Of a stretch of DNA of 64,000 nucleotides, positions 52,093 to 64,000 are shown piece by piece. Each line of letters begins with the position of its first letter. Within the stretch, counting starts at the first letter, position 1. The notes below the pieces were generated by a model. That model saw only the letters and a program-made list of their open reading frames with translations, had not been told where the DNA came from and searched no databases. This DNA comes from Octopus sinensis (Eukaryota). The stretch is from contig NC_043014.1 of the NCBI RefSeq assembly GCF_006345805.1, forward strand, positions 19,654,001 through 19,718,000, in the 5' to 3' direction. A program made the translations under genes and the position numbers.

Positions 52093-52265
52093 ACACGCCG
52101 GGCATAATGCTTAGCAGCATTTTATCTGTATTCACATTCTAAGATCAAATTCTGCCAAGGTCGAATTTGCCTTTAGTTTTTTTCGGGGTCAATAAAATAA
52201 GTACCAGTCGAGCACTGGAGATCGATGTAATCAACTTACACCACCCTCAAAATTTTTGAAACCAA
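52093..52265 (+). mobile_element. SINE family A, 5'-truncated
   Basis: CACGCCGGGCATAATGCTTAGC..AAGGTCGAATTTGCC..AATAAGTACCAGTCGAGCACTGG. Confidence 0.8.
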
Positions 52266-53094
52266 TATTTCATGTGTGTATACTGTCCCCCCCTCCCCAA
52301 TCCGAGAGACCATGCTTAATTTGTGTGGTTTCGGCACCTACGTTTGGGAATATATCACGTCATATCCATAAGTGTTTAAAGAAATGAGAAATAAATCATA
52401 TTTTATTTCTCAATATAAACAGTTTAATTATTGGTTCAATTTATATGGTGTGTGGAAAGGAGGCGAGCATGTGAAGATTATTTCCTTTTCCTTTCTTCTA
52501 ATTATTATACGCAAGTGACTCAAACCGTTATATTGTTTATACTTTTAGTGCTTCATATTTCATATTTGTCCTATATCTAAAAACTGCCTGTTTCTGAATA
52601 TTGTACGTCATCAGCAAAGAGTAATAGCACAACAAATTGTCAATTATTCATACATATTATATTCCTTTGTGTCTAGGGTATTTGTTTTGACAATGAATGC
52701 ATTCCTTAACAGTAGTATTTCCGTATCTTGCATACATGAGCAAATAGGAGTATTTTGTTAAATCGTTTACTTCATTTTATTCTTGCAAAATAAGTCCCAA
52801 GGCACATATAGTTATAGGGATTGTCTTGTTTTCATTCTTCACGTACTTAACACCTGTTACATAATATCTGGGTAGTTTGATAAGGATAATATGACAATTA
52901 CGAAAATGAATGTTAACGAAAGAGAAAATGTTACTATTAAAAACAATATAAGATAATAACTACTAATTTATGCAATTCAGACGACGTTTTGTGGGAGAGA
53001 ACAGACACAGTTTGAATATGTATGCATGTATCGATATATATGTCTATATATATATATGTACGTATGTATTTCCATGTATTTTTTTTTTTTTTTT

Positions 53095-53303
53095 TTTCTG
53101 TACTTGTTTCAGTCATTTGACTGCGGCCATGCTGGAGCACCGCCTTTTAGAGTGGTGAAAGAGTACAGCAGGGATCACCACCTCCTGCCGGAGCCTCGTG
53201 GAGCTTTTAGGTGTTTTCGCTCAATAAACACACACAACGCCCGGTCTGGGAATCGAAACCGCGATCCTCCGACCGCAAGTCCGCTGCCCTAACCACTAGG
53301 CCA
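53095..53303 (-). mobile_element. Chimeric SINE: family C head fused to family B tail
   Basis: 53151-53303 matches 27575-27745 and 53095-53148 matches 29682-29735. The junction shares the 2-nt microhomology CT. Confidence 0.8.
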
Positions 53304-53340
53304 TATGTGTATATATGTATATATATATTATATATATATA

Positions 53341-53391
<51 letters not shown>

Positions 53392-53414
53392 ATAATATAT
53401 ATATATATAGATAT

Positions 53415-53451
<37 letters not shown>

Positions 53452-53452
53452 G

Positions 53453-53483
<31 letters not shown>

Positions 53484-53494
53484 AAGATAGATCG

Positions 53495-53660
53495 GCACTA
53501 TTCCTTTTTCTATTTTCTCTCCCTGTTTATTTCTATGTTCCTTTCTCTCGAAGAGCGAAGGCTCGAAACGTAAAAGACTTTCTCACTTCCCGAGCATTAA
53601 ACTAATATATGTTTGTTGTTTACACACCCGTCTTCGTCCTTTGTTTCTTTTTGTAAATTC

Positions 53661-53665
<5 letters not shown>
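53495..53665 (+). mobile_element. Family P1 (copy 3)
   Basis: Homologous to the reverse of 6476-6655. Hammerhead-like motif at 53541-53576. The 3' end abuts (TA)n. Confidence 0.65.
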
Positions 53666-53740
<75 letters not shown>

Positions 53741-55448
53741 ATGTATATGTATATATATATATGCATTATGTATGCATGCGCTCATGTATGTATTTACACG
53801 CACACACACTCACACACACGCACACACACACACACACACATATATACATATATATACAAACTGTCATATATAAGAAATATTATGGCACGTAACGTTGTAT
53901 CGGCTGTATCTATTGATAAGGGAAACTAATGACAAACATTTCTGTAATGTGTAGCGTAAACAAACAGTAACAAACGTAAAAAAGAAAATGTTTCGTTTTT
54001 AATTTTTGCGATGGCATTAAATGAAGGATTAGCCTGACTGGTTTCGATACTAATCGATTCTCCTTCAGAGATCTTGTATTCACCCCACTTTTGTAATGTT
54101 TATCATGAGATAAGCATTAACATACATTTCAGAACATGAAGCAAATTACGTAGCGTATAGCAACGGAGGTTGTTTAATGCGTCATTAATTTATACAACCA
54201 GAAACGCCTACACACCAACATACACGGACGGTGTGTGTGATGCGAATACATCGCAATGAGCCTTTCTCCTCACCAACATGAAGGACCTTTCATGAGGGTC
54301 CCATGGACTCTGCCACTCTTTCCTCATAATTATGCGTTTGTGTGTGTGTGTGTATGTGTTTATATATGTAAAATATATATGTACACAAACACACCTGCAC
54401 ACATATATATACATATAGATATATATAAATATACACCTGCATGTACATATCTGTGTGTGTACGTGTTTGTGTTTATAGGCAAGTATGTATGCGTACATAC
54501 AAGATGTTCAAAAACATATACACACAAACAAAATTGCTTCGATATCAACACCTCTTCTATACGTAGCACAAACAACAACCAGCATAGAACAATAAATTCT
54601 ACGACTATTCCATCAAGCAGACTAGCGTAACAGATGATGATTAAATGTTATTAGATAAATGAAGATGAGATGCACTATGTCCTATGTACTGTCTGCCTGA
54701 TTTAATTGCCAGAAAGAGCCACCCACTCAAACTCACTCCGTGAGATACATCCGGGCACACACACAAATATATGTTTATGCGAGTCAGTACACATAAACGC
54801 ACACAAACTCATATTATACATACGCAAACAGCTACACGCAAACAGAGAAGCAGTTTCTTGCAAGTAAGCAAGATGGAGGTTTGAATTCAATTAGATACAC
54901 TTAGTTGCCACGCTGTTTCAAGTACAAGCTAGTATATCATGTTAATAGCTATCACCGTCCTGCACGGATATATTTCCAACATAAAATAAAATGAACGTAC
55001 TACTGCCCACCTCACACCTCTCTATCTCTGATATTATATAACCTTAATCATTTTATCGAGAGAGGTACCGAGAGAGGGAGGGAGAGTGAGAGAGGCAGAA
55101 GGAGAGAAAAGGGTAAGGAGTTACGCTAGCATCAGTACAATTCGACACAAACTGTGTGTTGTTGGTGTGGTCTTCTTGTTAGCGTGACCTTGTTGTTGGT
55201 GGAGCGTTGTTGGTGGTGTGGCGTCGTTGCTGGTGTGGCGTTGTTTTTGTTGGTGGTATGACGTTGTTATTGTTGGTGTGGCGTTGTTGTTGGTAGTGTT
55301 ATTGCTTTTGGTGCTGCCATGTTTAGCGTGCAGTCAAGCCATATTTACCGCTGCTTCGATGTTACATAGGTCTTTACATTTTACGCTAGGTTGATGTGCA
55401 AAATTGTAGTTCAGCCATTACTCTGTCAATGTACTTGCTATATAAAAG

Positions 55449-55483
<35 letters not shown>

Positions 55484-55523
55484 TATATATATAAGTATAC
55501 CCGTTTAATAATTGCCAGGTATA

Positions 55524-55557
<34 letters not shown>

Positions 55558-56428
55558 GTGCTTGTCTGTCTGTCTGTCTGTCTATTTATCACTTTCTCTT
55601 TCTCTCTCTCTTTCTGTATATATGTACGTGTGTGTGTTTGTGTGTATGCGTATATGACTTCAAACACATGCACAAAAGTCATTTAGACCGAATAGCCTGC
55701 TGTTAACATTGCTCAGAAGATGTTGAAGATGTTAACAATAGCCTTAGTGTGTTTACGACCTACTATTTCGTTAACAATAATAGTTTCATGATATATTCGT
55801 GATTCGAATATGTTACTTCTATTGCATTAAACATATATGTGTATACACACACACACACATACACATAATCGGGCAAAAAGAAGAAACAGAACTCAGGCCA
55901 TGTGTATATACAGGTTTTTATATTTAAATAACAGAAGTTACTCAGGGACGAAGAGTTTCGGACATGACAATGATGTAAGTTACGGCCTTTGATAAATGAC
56001 ATGTACGGAACTTTTGACCTCTGAATCACTTTTGCAACTTTCTGCTGGTCGAAAGTAAAAATAAAATTCTCTCTCCTCTTATAGGTTTAAGTAATTTTAC
56101 GAATGAAATGGGACATAAAATTCTTCTATGTTGCACCTGTGTCGAATGTGTATTCACATGTCTCCATCATTGTGTTATGTATTTATTCCGTCCTTTTTCC
56201 GTAACATTTTATCCATGAAACTGTTCCGACATAGTTATCATGCACAGTTAATCTTTTGATACCACCAAGTGTTCGAAACCACGCTAAATATTTTGTTGAC
56301 GTTATATCTCGCTATCCTGTTTTGTAAATTTTGCGAGTTCTTGCCCGGCTTGGTATTTTTCGTACTTTGCCTTATAGAAGCTTAATCTTTTTTAAACTCA
56401 GCCACACGCACAAATATATATTCTTTTA

Positions 56429-56636
56429 TACTGAAGGCAAAAAGGCCCGAAACTTTGGCGGAGGGGGCTAGTCATTTAGATCGATCCCAGTACGCAAATG
56501 GTACTTAATTTATCGAACCCGAAAGTGTGAAAAGCAAAGTTGACCTCGACGGAATATGAACTCAGAACATAAAGACAGACGAAATACTGCGAAGCATTTC
56601 GCCCGGCGTGCTAACGTTTCTACCAGCTCGCCGCCT
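56429..56636 (-). mobile_element. SINE family A, full-length, flanked by a 20-bp direct repeat
   Basis: Ends ..CCAGCTCGCCGCC. GCACAAATATATATTCTTTT occurs at 56409-56428 and 56640-56659. Confidence 0.9.
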
Positions 56637-56659
56637 TGCGCACAAATATATATTCTTTT

Positions 56660-56793
56660 CTATTCTGGGCACAGGGCCCGAAATCTGAGGGGAGGGGCCA
56701 GTCGATTACATCGACTCTAGTACGCAACTGGTACTTAATTTATTCACCCCGAAAGGATGAATGACAAAGTCGACTTCGGCGGAATTTGAATTC
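56660..56793 (-). mobile_element. SINE family A, 5'-truncated
   Basis: Homologous to the neighbouring copy. Followed by GCACAAATATATAT at 56797-56810. Confidence 0.85.
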
Positions 56794-57492
56794 AATGCAC
56801 AAATATATATCACAAGAGAAAAGTTCAATTTGAGTCACCTTTTCGACAACGTCAGCGATCTTTAGATCCGGACACAATATGGTAGATAAGTAAGGAAACT
56901 GTATTTTTAATAAATGTAGTCAGAATAGAGATTAAAAAGACATTGTATTTACGATGGAAGAGTCAGGAAGAAAAAAGCAACGTGTTTGTGATATAGTTAT
57001 TCAACTATATTGGTCATTGAATGAAGCTAAACAAAAACAGGTTGATAGTGATGACACCTCTGACCCCCAGAAGCCTTTCGTTTCTGGCTCATTTTAAGAG
57101 ATACGAAAGTGGTAGAAGAAAAGGAGAAAAATATCTCCAGACTTAATTTATCATCTAGTCAGGAAGAAAAGTCATATTCAGTTTTAAAGGACATGCTTAT
57201 CAACAGAAAGGAAAGTAATAAAACATCCTGAGATTGGAAACCTGATACCAATTTCTATAATAGACAGGCTATCAGAGGCCAACTTGACATGACATGTTAA
57301 ACCGGGTTAGGTTATCTATGTATTACACTAATTTTTTTCATTTAATTTAATTTTTTTTACCATAGTAAACGAATTAATAGAAACAGGCCGATTAAGAGTA
57401 GTAAATGATGAAACTGTATATATATATTGCTAGATATTGTGGGGAGACTGGATTCGGGTATTCAGTAATAACACAAAAAGCCACTCTAATAA

Positions 57493-57527
<35 letters not shown>

Positions 57528-57609
57528 ATAGATAAATAAATGAATAAATAAATAAAACCTTCTATTGCTTAACAGACGGCCGGTTTTGTTTCAATAATTT
57601 CGCTATTTC

Positions 57610-57662
57610 AGGCGGCGAGCTGGCAGAAACGTTAGCACACCGGGCGAAATGCTTAGTGGATT
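57610..57662 (+). mobile_element. SINE family A 5' stub
   Basis: GGCGGCGAGCTGGCAGAAACGTTAGCACACCGGGCGAAATGCTTAG. Confidence 0.85.
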
Positions 57663-58099
57663 TAGTAAATGGAAATTGAAAGAAACGCTTCATATCTATC
57701 TACCTATATATCTCTCTATCTCTTTCCCCCCTCTCTCTCTCCCCATATATATATGTGTGTGTGAGTGTGTGTGTATGTGTGTATGTATGTATTTATAAAT
57801 GTATGTATGTATGTATACGGAGCAAATAATTCAGGTGAAAATATTTGCGAAGACATTGACTCTATCATTGTCTAGTGTAACAACTAAAAATGGTAATAGC
57901 AAATTCAATAATATAGGAGACTGCGGTTTCAAAAAAGCATTAAATAGCTGAATTATTAAAATTAATCAAACGACATTCTAAGTATGTCTACCTGCCGGAA
58001 ATAACTGACAAAATTCTTAGTTAAATCACCAAAATACTCTACAGAAATCAAGTCAAGTATTTGGACTCACGTTGGCTGGTTTCTGGACCGGCATTATAG

Positions 58100-58570
58100 C
58101 CTTACCTTTCTAAGCACGCGTTACTATGATGGAAAGCCCAAAGCTGTTACGTTGAAGTCTGCGCTGCAGACTATATACCTATATACCCACGCGGACCATT
58201 TACATACTAGCTAACCACTTCAACTTGAACGCATCGTCCAAAATACTGCCTGGGCATACCTGGGATTATGCCTAAGTGCTTACACCTTCACGGAAGTACG
58301 GACCAACTGCCATACCTCTCTGGAAAAGGATGAACTGCGAACTTCATTCTCCTGTCTGTATTCTTCTATCTACTCTTAATCTTTATTCTTCTATTTTATT
58401 CCTTATTATCTGTGAATTTCCCTGTCTCGAACTTTCATACATACTCACCTTGTCTCTGATGGCGGAATACCTAGCATACAGACATGCTAGCCTATCACTT
58501 GGAATACCTCAGAAACAGCTGTAAGACATCAAATTCACTTTACTCTAATTGGATTATTATTAATGACGTC
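58100..58570 (+). mobile_element. Highly decayed Penelope-like 3' end (endonuclease traces and a hammerhead-like motif)
   Basis: A LANHFNL motif near 58208-58230 and frameshifted traces of the YIG..R..H and GMN regions. TGTCT-CTGATGG..GAAA-C AGCT G-TA-AGACA at 58451-58528. Confidence 0.45.
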
Positions 58571-58731
58571 CTGCATTGGTTTTTGTTGTCCTTTTCATAT
58601 AAAAGGTAACTGTTAACATGGTAGCCTAATACGGATCCCTAGCTCCAGCTTATTCGTTTTGATCACCAGTGAATTAAATCCCTCAAATTCTTTATATATG
58701 TATTAACTATATATACATACATATATGTATG

Positions 58732-58835
<104 letters not shown>

Positions 58836-58839
58836 TATA

Positions 58840-58918
<79 letters not shown>

Positions 58919-58924
58919 CTTTAG

Positions 58925-59122
58925 GTATGTGTTTGTCGCCCACTACTGCTTAAAAACGGTGTCCCTCAGTTTACGTCACTGTAACTCGTCGGTTCGGCAA
59001 AGTAGACTGTTAGAATAAGTACCAGAGTTGAAAATGAGTACTGGGGTCGATTCCTTCGACTAAAATATTCTTCAAGCCGATGCTCCAGCGTGGCCACAGT
59101 CTAATGACTGAAACAAGTAAAC
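58925..59122 (+). mobile_element. SINE family B tail
   Basis: GGTTCGGCAAA..AGAATAAGTAC..GCTCCAGCGTGGCCACAGTCTAATGACTGAAACAAGTAAA matches 29520-29745. Confidence 0.85.
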
Positions 59123-59695
59123 AAAAATGTAAAAGGAGACTATGTTGTGAACTTTGAAATGAGACGTAATATAGATACTGAAAGAAGAGGTGAGTGATTT
59201 TTCTGTATTTGAGTAAATGGTTGTTAATTCAGAGCAGCCCCAAGAACGAATGAGATATATGAAAGGGTGCGAGAAAGGGGAGAAAGGGGCAGGAGCGAAG
59301 CGGAAAACAAAGTCAAGAATACATGAAGATGAGATTATGGGAGTTGTTCTTTATACATTTAGCCGAATTCCAAACCAAATCTAACCGAGCAAACGTGTGA
59401 TAAAAAGCTACAGTCACGACATTCTACATTTCCGAGGAACTTGTCCAATGTGTCTTTCCTTTTCTTAAGATGGTAGGGTTCATTTGAAGGAGACAACTAC
59501 AATTTCTAGGTGTTTGGGATATGTGTTGGATAAAGCGCGTGTCAGCAACAGTTCATAGGTTTTATAGTAAGTTCGAAAAGCATTTTGTGTTCAACCGAAT
59601 GAATTAACCCCGTTTTCTTTTAAGCACTTATTAAGTACTTATTTTATCGATCACTTTTGCTGAATCTCTAGATTACGGTGATAAAGTAACTCTAC

Positions 59696-59760
59696 TGGAA
59701 ATCCGGACATCGATCCTGGTACCTCTCGCATGCAGCGTTCTACCATCTGCGCTAATTCCA
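59696..59760 (-). pseudogene. tRNA-Ala-derived pseudogene
   Basis: TGGAATTAGCGCAGATGGTAGAACGC-TGCATGCGAGAGGTACCAGGATCGATGTCCGGATTTCCA resembles metazoan tRNA-Ala but lacks ~6 nt of the 5' anticodon stem. Confidence 0.7.
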
Positions 59761-60614
59761 TATTTATATATATGTGTGTGTATGTGTGTGTGTGTGCATC
59801 TCTTTCTCTCTATACACACGCACATGCATACATACATACATACATACATACATACATACATACATACATACATACATACATACATACATACGTACGTACG
59901 TACGTACGTACATACATACATACGTACATACATACATACATACAGAATCAGACAAGCAGCCAGACAGATAAAGAATGAGCAGCAAAGCAATTTGGTTGGT
60001 TATGAATATCAACAACAAGGCTTAACAAAAATATCTCAGAGGAGGAGCGCTCTGCACGCCAAATAAACATGCGCCAACGTTTCATATCTGTAATATAAGG
60101 AGTTGAAAAAAATTCGATTAACTGAGATTATCCATTCCAAAGCATTTCCTGGCCTTGAAATTTTATCATTGCCTTCGATCAATAATAGATATACGCAGAT
60201 ATTATTCATTGGTGGCTCAGCAAATTGGAACTCTCTAGTGACACAATACGAACTCTGCATTATTTTGATTACAATGTGCTTCAGAGCTGCAATACGACTT
60301 TCATTGTGTCATTGATAATGTAGTTCCGGAGCTAATAATGTTTTACTGATCTCATAACGTTATCTTTTGCATATTAATAATACTCGTTTATAATGCTGTA
60401 GGTATTTGCATTGTTGTGCTCTTATTTTATTTAGAGTGGGGCGGGGAAGCAGAGATAAACACATTTGCTGCGTTTTTGTCGAGCCATTTTGTTTTATTCT
60501 GACTATATTTTATGTCATGGTAATAGTGAATAAATAATTCATATGGGAATTGCTTTAGTATCACTGCGTATCTATATGTGGAGATGGTTATACGTTTATA
60601 TATATATATATATA

Positions 60615-60676
<62 letters not shown>

Positions 60677-61295
60677 TATGTCTGTGTGTGTGTGCGTGTA
60701 TATGGGTGTGTGTATGCGTGTGTATGTAGGAAGGCAGGTATATAAATATATATACACATATATATATACACACATATATGAATATATGTATATATATACA
60801 TATAAACACACACATATATATATATATATATACACTCATGTATACGTATGTATATGCATGGATAAGTATATATACTTACAGATAGTTATATGCAAAAACG
60901 CAGGCATGTACACAAATATCTGTGCGTGAGAAATAATGAGAGAGGAGAGAGAGAGCGTCTGTATTGGTGTGTGGTGTGTAAGGATGCGGTAAAAAGATGG
61001 ACAGTTTTAACGTATTTGTGATTACAGACCAATCACACCATTAGTGCACTGTCAGATGAGAAAAAAAAATGATTTTAATTCCAGATGATTCTATATTGAT
61101 CTCCTTTTATGCTGCGCTACCGGAAAAGATTGTTAAGAGTATGAGAATAAAAAGACTTTTGTCTCAGACTTCGTCGTCTCTAAATTCGTTGCTACACTTT
61201 CACACTTCGACAAATACACTCACACGAACATGCACATGCGCACACAGACCGTATGTATGTATGTATGTATGTATGTATGTATACATGTATACATA

Positions 61296-61336
<41 letters not shown>

Positions 61337-61382
61337 TGTATATACTTATATATATATATATGTGTGTGTATATTTATATATG

Positions 61383-61413
<31 letters not shown>

Positions 61414-61661
61414 TATATATACACGTATCATGTGTATACATATATATATGCGTGTATAATATAAATACATACACACATGCACACACGCACGCACACGCAC
61501 ACTCACACACACAGACACACACACATACATATAGAGAGTGACAGGAGAGAGATTTTGAAAGATAGAGAGATTAGTCTGTATGTGCGCTTAAGTGTAAGCG
61601 TATCGATCAAATGTGTGTGTGTGTGTATATATGTATATATGCATAAATATATATATATATT

Positions 61662-61706
<45 letters not shown>

Positions 61707-61716
61707 TGTATGTGTG

Positions 61717-61769
<53 letters not shown>

Positions 61770-61771
61770 AT

Positions 61772-61924
61772 AACGTCGTGGCATTCCATCGGTTACACTG
61801 GAACTGCCTTCTCGAAAAGTTAACGCGCAAGTGGCTGAGCACTCCACAGACACGTGTACACTTAACGATTGATTCTATGACCGCAAGTCCGCTTGCCCTA
61901 ACCACTGGGCCATTGCGCTTCCAC
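61772..61924 (-). mobile_element. SINE family C head (~50 nt) joined to a different 3' segment
   Basis: GTGGAAGCGCAATGGCCCAGTGGTTAGGGC..GGACTTGCGGTC matches the family C head. The remainder does not match 27630-27876. Confidence 0.6.
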
Positions 61925-62027
61925 ATGCACACACACACACATATATACATACACACGTATGTATGTATGGATGGATATATATGCACATATATAAATATGT
62001 ATGTATATACGCGCTTGCGTATATATA

Positions 62028-63235
62028 CAGGGTGCGTAAGGTATTTGAGTATACACCATTTTTGGGGCCATTGCTGCATTTTTGTTCACTCTGTATAATC
62101 TTTGTTTCAGAAAATAATAATGGCAGACACTCAGCTTACTCAAGAAATGAAGAGGTATGCTGTTATTGTGGTTATAAATGCTGAGTATAGCGAATTAGAA
62201 ATATCTCGATTTTTAGAAGTTGTCATATCTTATGTTTGCAAGGTTTGTAAGGAGCTAGAGACTGAAGACGGAAGCGTATCGCCAGTATCAAAGCATAAAA
62301 TGCATTCTAAATGCTTTGAAAGTATCAGAACACCTGAATTTATCCAACAGCTTCAACAGACCATTGATTACAATCCCAGAAAGTCTATGAGGTCAATTGC
62401 AAAAGATCTCCATGTATCAGAAGCAACAGTCAGAAATGTTTTCCACGAAGACATCGGATATAAGTCTTATATGATGAGGAAATGTCACTCTGTCAGAAAG
62501 AAAAAAACAATCATTACATCAGATCTAAAAGGCTCTTAAACAAACTGAAGATTTGATTTGTTTTTTCTCAAACCAGAAAAACTTTGACCAACATCAAAAA
62601 GTTAATAGAAGAAATGACAGATGGTTATGAGCAGGCCCTTCTGAAGTTCCAAGTGTTATACATAAAAAAAATTCCAGCAATTTTCATGGTTTTAGGGGTT
62701 GTCAGCAATGAAAGACATGTGATGCCTCCTTAGTTCTTTCCAGAAGGCCTTAGACTTAACTTTGCCTTCTATACTGAGGTCCTGGAAATAATTGTTAAGC
62801 CTTGTAGAGACAGTGTATGCAATGGAAAGCCATATGTGTTTCAGTAAGACTCTTCACTCTTACACATTGCTACAGTAACACAGGAATGGATGGCTGAAAA
62901 TTTTCATGATCACATAATCCCTAAAATTTGGCCTCTTACATTTCGACTATTAAATGTGGAGCGTTGTTGAGAGAGAGGTCAATGAACATGCCCAAAGATT
63001 CTTTGAAAGCTGCCATAGTTATGCCCAAAATGAACCGGGACCATTTGATTCGAGCATGTAGATATTTAGATCTCATATAGAAGCAGTTGTTGAAGCTGAA
63101 GGTGGCTTTATTGAATAACATTATAGAAAAGATTATTTTTATCCTCATAGAATTCTTTGATAAAGTCATTTTCTGTTATTATATATGTTTTTTTTTATAA
63201 ACGTAAATCTGTCCTCAAATATCTTACGCATCCTG
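62028..63235 (+). mobile_element. IS630-Tc1-mariner DNA transposon (maT/DD37D-like), transposase pseudogenised
   Basis: TA|CAGGGTGCGTAAGGTATTTGAG ... CTCAAATATCTTACGCATCCTG|TA (22-bp TIRs, 2 mismatches). ATG at 62120, then the HTH region PRKSMRSIAKDLHVSEATVR, EKNF..NRRNDRWL, MVLGVVS, YVFQ*DS and IWP..DY. Confidence 0.88.
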
Positions 63236-63344
63236 TACATACATATGCAGATACATACATATATATATGTATATGTATATACATACACACACATACACAC
63301 ATACGCACACACTCACACACACACACATACATATATATAGGTTC

Positions 63345-63475
63345 TTTTATTCTTTTATTCTTTTACTTGTTTCAGTCATTTGAATGAAGACATGCTGGAG
63401 AACCGCCTTTAGTCGAACAAATCGATTCCAGGACTTTTTATTTGTAAGCCTAGTACTTATTCTATCCGTCTCTTA
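63345..63475 (-). mobile_element. SINE family B tail
   Basis: CTTTTACTTGTTTCAGTCATTTGA..CATGCTGGAG..GTAAGCCTAGTACTTATTCTATC. Confidence 0.85.
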
Positions 63476-63488
63476 TGCATATATATAT

Positions 63489-63587
<99 letters not shown>

Positions 63588-63841
63588 TAGATAGATAGAT
63601 ATAGATAGATAGATATATAGATAGATACATACATACATACATTTATATGTATATATATATATATATGTGCATATGTATATTTATAAACTTGCCTTCCTAC
63701 ATACACACACACGCACATATGCTTGTGTGTGTGCGCAAGCTTGTGTGTTTGTATGTATATATATTATATATATATATATATATACACACATATATTTATA
63801 TATGCATATATACAATACACACACACACACACGCACACACG

Positions 63842-63893
<52 letters not shown>

Positions 63894-64000
63894 TTGAGAC
63901 ATGGCTTCACTGTGTCGCCAACTGTCGGGTTCTAGTGTCTTGTGTTCCTGGAAAGTTATTGATTGCAACCAAAAGACTATCTATAAACGGGAAAGTTACT

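Noticed and set aside
59696-59760. A functional tRNA gene
   Set aside because: The 5' strand of the anticodon stem is deleted and the acceptor and D stems are mismatched.

Overview
This is AT-rich, microsatellite-saturated eukaryotic non-coding DNA. The SINE families and repeat density point to an octopus (coleoid cephalopod) genome, which is an inference. I could not identify any host protein-coding gene, and almost every ORF in the supplied track is a microsatellite translation or a transposon relic. Supported content: (1) LINE relics: a young 5'-truncated R4/Dong element inside a (TAA)n tract (24377-26330), an older R4/Dong fragment (~1990-2620), a CR1-type fragment (~7930-8670), and two Penelope-like (PLE) GIY-YIG remnants (31614-32075, ~58100-58570). 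(2) Two TA-flanked IS630-Tc1-mariner elements (20008-21533, 62028-63235). (3) Several inverted-repeat elements, including a ~770-bp foldback element with a telomere-like core (49816-50587). (4) At least four tRNA-related SINE families and a tRNA-Ala retrocopy. The most striking signal is a set of type I hammerhead-ribozyme-like motifs from several unrelated repeat families. They include a near-perfect 256-bp palindrome with one hammerhead per strand (50841-51096), a three-copy family with U at the normally invariant core position A6, and decayed hammerheads inside TIR-bounded 'MITE-like' elements. Hammerheads in PLE termini are known; these particular variants and architectures are what need testing. 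All alignments and folds were done by eye, so coordinates given as approximate may shift by a few bases.
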